From positions 1 through 30,629 of the IMG/VR virus record IMGVR_UViG_3300032257_000081: a stretch of 30,629 nucleotides of DNA. One strand, given 5' to 3'. The notes beneath the pieces were generated by a model. It saw nothing but the letters and a program-made list of their open reading frames with translations. It made no database searches and was not told the DNA's origin. Source of the stretch: a virus. Lineage: Duplodnaviria; Caudoviricetes. This document shows, one piece after another, positions 26,868-30,629 of the stretch. The position numbers and the translations under genes were made by a program. Within the stretch, counting starts at the first letter, position 1. Each line of letters opens with the position of its first letter.

Positions 26868-27056
26868 CCCGGCCGCACCGGAAGCCTCGCAGCAAGTCTC
26901 AGCTGCGCGCGGCCGCACCTGACCGGGGGCAGCGCCCCTTGCCCCCGGTCCCTTTCCAACACTTGCGGGACGCACGCGGCGGCTTTGGCCCTTTTCAGCA
27001 TGCTGCGCGCGACCGGGCTGCAGGCAGGGTGCGTCCTCCCCGCCCTGCCTGCAGCC
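26868..27056 (+). ncRNA. Candidate structured RNA (tandem hairpins)
   Basis: Perfect 11-bp stem at 26921-26950, 14-bp stem at 27016-27056 with a UCCUCCC loop, plus two weaker stems. Confidence 0.35.
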
Positions 27057-27077
27057 ACCAAATGACAAGGTGATCTG

Positions 27078-27284
27078 ATGCCCTTCTTTAACCCCGCCCC
27101 TACCGTTGACGAAACCAAACCGCACCGCCGCGGCATCGACATCGTGGCCGAGGATCTGAAGGCGGGCTTACTGCCCTGGCAAATCGCTCAAAAGCATCGG
27201 GTGCCGCTGCACCGTATCTATTTCTTCGAGCGGCTGATGAAGGAACGCAGATCCCTGCCGGAACACAAATCACACATTTTCTGA
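27078..27284 (+). CDS. Small hypothetical protein, HTH-like
   Basis: AAGGTGA RBS. DLKAGLLPWQIAQKHRVPLHRIY. Confidence 0.65.
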   Translation: MPFFNPAPTVDETKPHRRGIDIVAEDLKAGLLPWQIAQKHRVPLHRIYFFERLMKERRSLPEHKSHIF

Positions 27285-27295
27285 AAGGAAGCCGC

Positions 27296-27700
27296 ATGCC
27301 CGAATTCAAACCGAAGCCTTACACCTCCGGTGCCGTATCCGGCATCAAGATCGCGCTGCGAGCCACTGTTGCCGGGGCGGTCTATGTGTCGGTCACGATC
27401 AACAAGGCAACGCAGGAACAGCATTTCGGCGCAGCAATGCCAAAAGGCACGCGCTTTGCCGTCACGCTCAATTCTGACCCCAACAAGCGCCACGTGATGG
27501 GCATCCTCAAGGACCCGAATGGCGCGATCGAGGCCAAGCCGGGGATGAAGGGCACGATCACTCTCAATATGGCCCGTTGGACCAGCTGCCCCACGACTTC
27601 GCAGAGGGCCAAGCCCTGCGCGGTCGCCGCCGCTGATGTTGGCGCGCTGATGATCCGTTTGCCTGAATGGGCAAAACCAAAAGAAGGCATCACCGGGTGA
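27296..27700 (+). CDS. Hypothetical protein
   Basis: 134 aa, AAAGGAAG RBS. Confidence 0.75.
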   Translation: MPEFKPKPYTSGAVSGIKIALRATVAGAVYVSVTINKATQEQHFGAAMPKGTRFAVTLNSDPNKRHVMGILKDPNGAIEAKPGMKGTITLNMARWTSCPTTSQRAKPCAVAAADVGALMIRLPEWAKPKEGITG

Positions 27701-28236
27701 CACAGACGGCCAACGATATCATTGCGCAGCTTTTTGCGGATCTGGCGGAGACTGAGGAACCGGCGGAGCCGGACCAGCCGCACGCCCGCGCACATGCCAG
27801 GCGTGATGCGATCTCTGCGGCGCTTGATGATCGTGACCGCACCGCGCGTTTGCGCAATGACCTGGCCGCCCTGGCCGCTGTCGATCCTGACCGGCTGGAA
27901 TGGCCCGACTGGTGGTTCGAACCCGTGACCTCGATCGTGCATCGTCAGATCCGCAGATTGTGGACGACCGTGCTGGTCCATGTGGCGCTGGATGCCGCCT
28001 CGACATCGCCCCATTCCAAGCGCCAGCACAGCGATGCCATGGCCTGGCTGAACGGCCATCGCCGCGATCGCGCCTTTGTCTGCGGCCTTGCCGACCGCGA
28101 TCCCGATGAATTTTCCCGGGCCGTGCTGGCCTGGATTGAAAAAGGAGCCCCCTCAAATGCCCGACGCCATCGCCCAGTATTCGGTAAAGGCCCTCATGAT
28201 CCATCCGCTGAACCCGCGCCAGGATGTGCCGGCTGA
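27697..28236 (+). CDS. Hypothetical protein
   Basis: GTG start at a GTGA overlap. LW..VL..ALD.A...AMAWL....FVCGLADRDP motif. The 3' end overlaps the ParB gene by 80 bp. Confidence 0.65.
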   Translation: MTQTANDIIAQLFADLAETEEPAEPDQPHARAHARRDAISAALDDRDRTARLRNDLAALAAVDPDRLEWPDWWFEPVTSIVHRQIRRLWTTVLVHVALDAASTSPHSKRQHSDAMAWLNGHRRDRAFVCGLADRDPDEFSRAVLAWIEKGAPSNARRHRPVFGKGPHDPSAEPAPGCAG

Positions 28237-29923
28237 GGATATCGCAGAGCTTGCCGCCTCGATCGAGGTCAATGGCTTGTTGCAGAACCTCTGCGGTTAT
28301 CTCGAACCACGCGCCCGCAATCCCGGTATCGTGGCGGGCGGCCGCCGCCTGCGGGCGCTGCAGCTGCTGGTCAAGCAGGGCAAATGGACGGACGATGTCC
28401 CGGTTCTGACCACGCGCGACCGCGATCAGGCCATCGAATGGGCAGGCGCGGAAAACGAGGCGCGCGAACCGCTGCACCCGGCGGAAGAGATCCGGCATTA
28501 CCGCGACCTGCACGCCGCCGGCCACAGCTATCCGCAGATTGCCCGCGCCTATGCGGTGACCGAAGGCCATGTTGCGCGCCGAATGAAGTTGGCACATTTG
28601 CCGGATCCGGTGATCGCAGCGCTGAAGGATCATGAGATCACGCTTGATGTGGCGCAGGCCTTCACCATTTCGACGGACGAGGCCGCGATCCTGTCGGTGC
28701 TGGACCGGACCAGGGCCCGCGACATACGCCCGCAAGCGGTGCGCGAGGCACTGACCCCTGGCGCTGTCACGGCCGATGAACGCCGCGCAATCTATGTCGG
28801 TGTGCAGACGTACGAGGATGCCGGCGGCGCGATCACTCCCGACCTCTTCACCGGCGCGACCGTGCTGCATGACACCGATCTGCTGGAGCGATTGTTCAGG
28901 GACAAACTGGAAGCCGAGCGCGCGATGATCGCGACCGAGGAAGGATGGCAGGACGTCCATGCCGTCCAGGATACTTACATCCCCTATGGCACCACAGACA
29001 AGCTGACCGCGATCTGCCCGGAGCCTGTCGAATTGCCGGAGGCCGACGGTGCGGAGCTGCAGCGACTGGAGGAGTTGCCCGGCAGCGAGTTTACTGACGA
29101 AATACGTTCGCGGATCCGGGAATTGCGCGCCCGCAAGCGCGGCGATTACAGCGATGATCAGCGCACTGAGGCACAGATCTGGATCTACGTGAACCGCCAG
29201 GGCGTTCTCTGCCGGGATGAGGCCTACACCACCAAGGCCCGCGCACAGAAGGACGCAAGCACCAAGGGCGCAGCACCGGAACCCAAAGGCCTCAGCCAGG
29301 TGCTGGTCGAAGATCTGCGCGCCGTGCGCACGCTGGCCCTGCAGATCGCGCTGGAAACGCAGCCCGATCTGATCCTCGGCCTTGCCGCCTACCAGATTGA
29401 CCGGCAGATGCGCGCCTGGCACCGCCCGGCTGAGGTCACGCTTGGCGCGCCCCGAAACATACCATCGGTGGAAGAAGCCGTAACCGCACCCGATTGGGCC
29501 ACCGAGATCGAGGTGGAGGGCGGGCAGGAACCGGACGCGCAGGGGTTTCAGGATTTCCTGGCTGAGAGCCGCACGATCCCCATCCTGTCCCGTGCCATCG
29601 CCCGCGCCACCAGCGCCCAGGGCACCGATTTCACCAGGGCTTTGATGCAGACATCCGGGGCCGACATCCGCGCTGTCTGGCGTCCAACCCTGGCCAACTT
29701 CTTTGGCCGCTGCCCGGTATCTTACCTTGATGCGGTGCAAGAGATGATCTTTGCCGACGGCGCGCCGGACATCTTCGCGCCCTGGACCGGCCTGAAGAAG
29801 AAGGAAAAGGCGGCGCTGCTATCGACCCTCTTCGATACCACGCCTGAGACCATCAAGGCTTACGGCCTGAGCGATGATCTGGTCGCCCGCCTCAACACCT
29901 GGATCCCGGAGGAAATCGCATGA
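28157..29923 (+). CDS. Large ParB/RepB/Spo0J-domain protein
   Basis: Start MPDAIAQ with AAGGAG RBS. LNPR...ELAASIEVNGLLQNL...VAGGRRLRAL...EN..REPLHPAEE, followed by an HTH. 588 aa. Confidence 0.88.
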   Translation: MPDAIAQYSVKALMIHPLNPRQDVPAEDIAELAASIEVNGLLQNLCGYLEPRARNPGIVAGGRRLRALQLLVKQGKWTDDVPVLTTRDRDQAIEWAGAENEAREPLHPAEEIRHYRDLHAAGHSYPQIARAYAVTEGHVARRMKLAHLPDPVIAALKDHEITLDVAQAFTISTDEAAILSVLDRTRARDIRPQAVREALTPGAVTADERRAIYVGVQTYEDAGGAITPDLFTGATVLHDTDLLERLFRDKLEAERAMIATEEGWQDVHAVQDTYIPYGTTDKLTAICPEPVELPEADGAELQRLEELPGSEFTDEIRSRIRELRARKRGDYSDDQRTEAQIWIYVNRQGVLCRDEAYTTKARAQKDASTKGAAPEPKGLSQVLVEDLRAVRTLALQIALETQPDLILGLAAYQIDRQMRAWHRPAEVTLGAPRNIPSVEEAVTAPDWATEIEVEGGQEPDAQGFQDFLAESRTIPILSRAIARATSAQGTDFTRALMQTSGADIRAVWRPTLANFFGRCPVSYLDAVQEMIFADGAPDIFAPWTGLKKKEKAALLSTLFDTTPETIKAYGLSDDLVARLNTWIPEEIA

Positions 29924-30039
29924 AGAAATGCTGCCAGACCGAAAACAACCTCGGCACTTATGCCGGCGTGGACGGCCCGGTCACGTACTGCAAAAGATGC
30001 GGCTGTACGTGGGTGGCCAAGAAGGGCAAGGGCGCATGA
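29920..30039 (+). CDS. 39-aa Cys-rich (Zn-ribbon-like) protein, not in the ORF track
   Basis: MKKCCQTENNLGTYAGVDGPVTYCKRCGCTWVAKKGKGA*. GGAGG RBS and ATGA overlaps at both ends. Confidence 0.7.
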   Translation: MKKCCQTENNLGTYAGVDGPVTYCKRCGCTWVAKKGKGA

Positions 30040-30326
30040 AACAGACAGAATTTCAGCCATGCGCAATGTGCGGAAAGGGTATGATGCACGCCGGTGCCCC
30101 ATTCTTCTATCGCGCGGAAGTGTCACAAATGGTCGTGGATTTGGGCGCAGTACAACGTCAGCACGGGCTTGAGATGATGTTGGGAAATGCCAGCGCACTG
30201 GCAAGTGCTCTCGGCCCAAATGAAACCCTCGCGCAGGCCTTCAACACCAGAACAGTATGCATCTGTTCCGATTGCGCCCTGACTGGACGGTTGCCGATTG
30301 CAGCTGTCCTCGACGAAACAGGCTGA
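30036..30326 (+). CDS. Zn-finger-like hypothetical protein
   Basis: MKQTEFQPCAMCGKG...CICSDCA (two CxxC pairs). ATGA-coupled. Confidence 0.75.
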   Translation: MKQTEFQPCAMCGKGMMHAGAPFFYRAEVSQMVVDLGAVQRQHGLEMMLGNASALASALGPNETLAQAFNTRTVCICSDCALTGRLPIAAVLDETG

Positions 30327-30330
30327 AGCC

Positions 30331-30525
30331 GTGACCCGATCCGACATTCACGATGTTCAGGTGATCTTCCAACACGGCACGCCTGGCGCGGTCTGCATCC
30401 GCGAGACCGAAGACGGGCCTGACATTTGCATTCCGAAATCGCAGTGCGAGATCGAGGCGCTGGACAGCACCGATCTGCGCCGGGGCTGCATCGCCACGCT
30501 AACCGCCCGAAGGAATGCACCGTGA
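30331..30525 (+). CDS. Small hypothetical phage protein
   Basis: GTG start, MTRSDIHDVQVIFQH...CIPKSQCEIE. GTGA overlap with the next gene. Confidence 0.65.
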   Translation: MTRSDIHDVQVIFQHGTPGAVCIRETEDGPDICIPKSQCEIEALDSTDLRRGCIATLTARRNAP

Positions 30526-30629
30526 ATTGGTATGCCCGCCAGCGTCAGATTTGGATCAACGAAATGTTGCGGATCTACGGCTTCATCAATCGCAGTCACA
30601 TCTGCGCAAAGTTCGGATGCAGCCCGCAA
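30522..30629 (+). CDS. Partial wHTH protein resembling the CapW-type N-terminal DNA-binding domain
   Basis: MNWYARQRQIWINEMLRIYGFINRSHICAKFGCSPQ... with AAGGA RBS. Truncated by the window end. Confidence 0.55.
   Translation, partial: MNWYARQRQIWINEMLRIYGFINRSHICAKFGCSPQ

Larger units (their letters stand above)
1..30629. mobile_element. Temperate siphophage/prophage segment (lambdoid organisation, HK97-type head), both ends outside the window
   Basis: Syntenic packaging, head, tail, replication and cro/cI modules. No host housekeeping genes seen. Confidence 0.95.

Noticed and set aside
26861-27073. 70-aa ORF as a protein-coding gene
   Set aside because: Arg/Pro-rich low-quality translation coinciding with strong hairpins. 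It is treated as a candidate RNA element, though translation is not excluded.
27719-29740. 673-aa minus-strand ORF
   Set aside because: Antisense shadow of the ParB-domain gene in GC-rich DNA, with no recognisable motifs.

Overview
GC-rich temperate siphophage or prophage segment. The gene families suggest an alphaproteobacterial (Rhodobacteraceae-like) host, which is an inference. Positions 1-19.9 kb (minus strand) hold a complete HK97/lambda-type morphogenesis operon: HNH, TerS, TerL, portal, S49 protease, capsid, head-tail joining genes, tail tube, a tail chaperone with a GGGAAAG -1 frameshift, tape measure, tail tip, two glycine-rich fibres and a partial holin-like gene. Positions 20.0-25.6 kb (minus strand) form an early operon: Cro-like, CII-like, several small HTH genes, a two-part replication region with an iteron array, and a putative late regulator. 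Positions 25.7-30.6 kb (plus strand) carry a repressor with no peptidase domain, a shared GGATGATCATCC-type operator set, and a second early operon with a hairpin-rich segment, a large ParB-domain protein, small Zn-finger genes and a partial CapW-like wHTH gene. The best candidate for an undescribed system is an oppositely oriented two-gene cassette (small acidic protein plus a WYL-TerB fusion) between cro and cII. No integrase, att site or endolysin is visible. All product calls come from motif recognition and synteny, without database searches.
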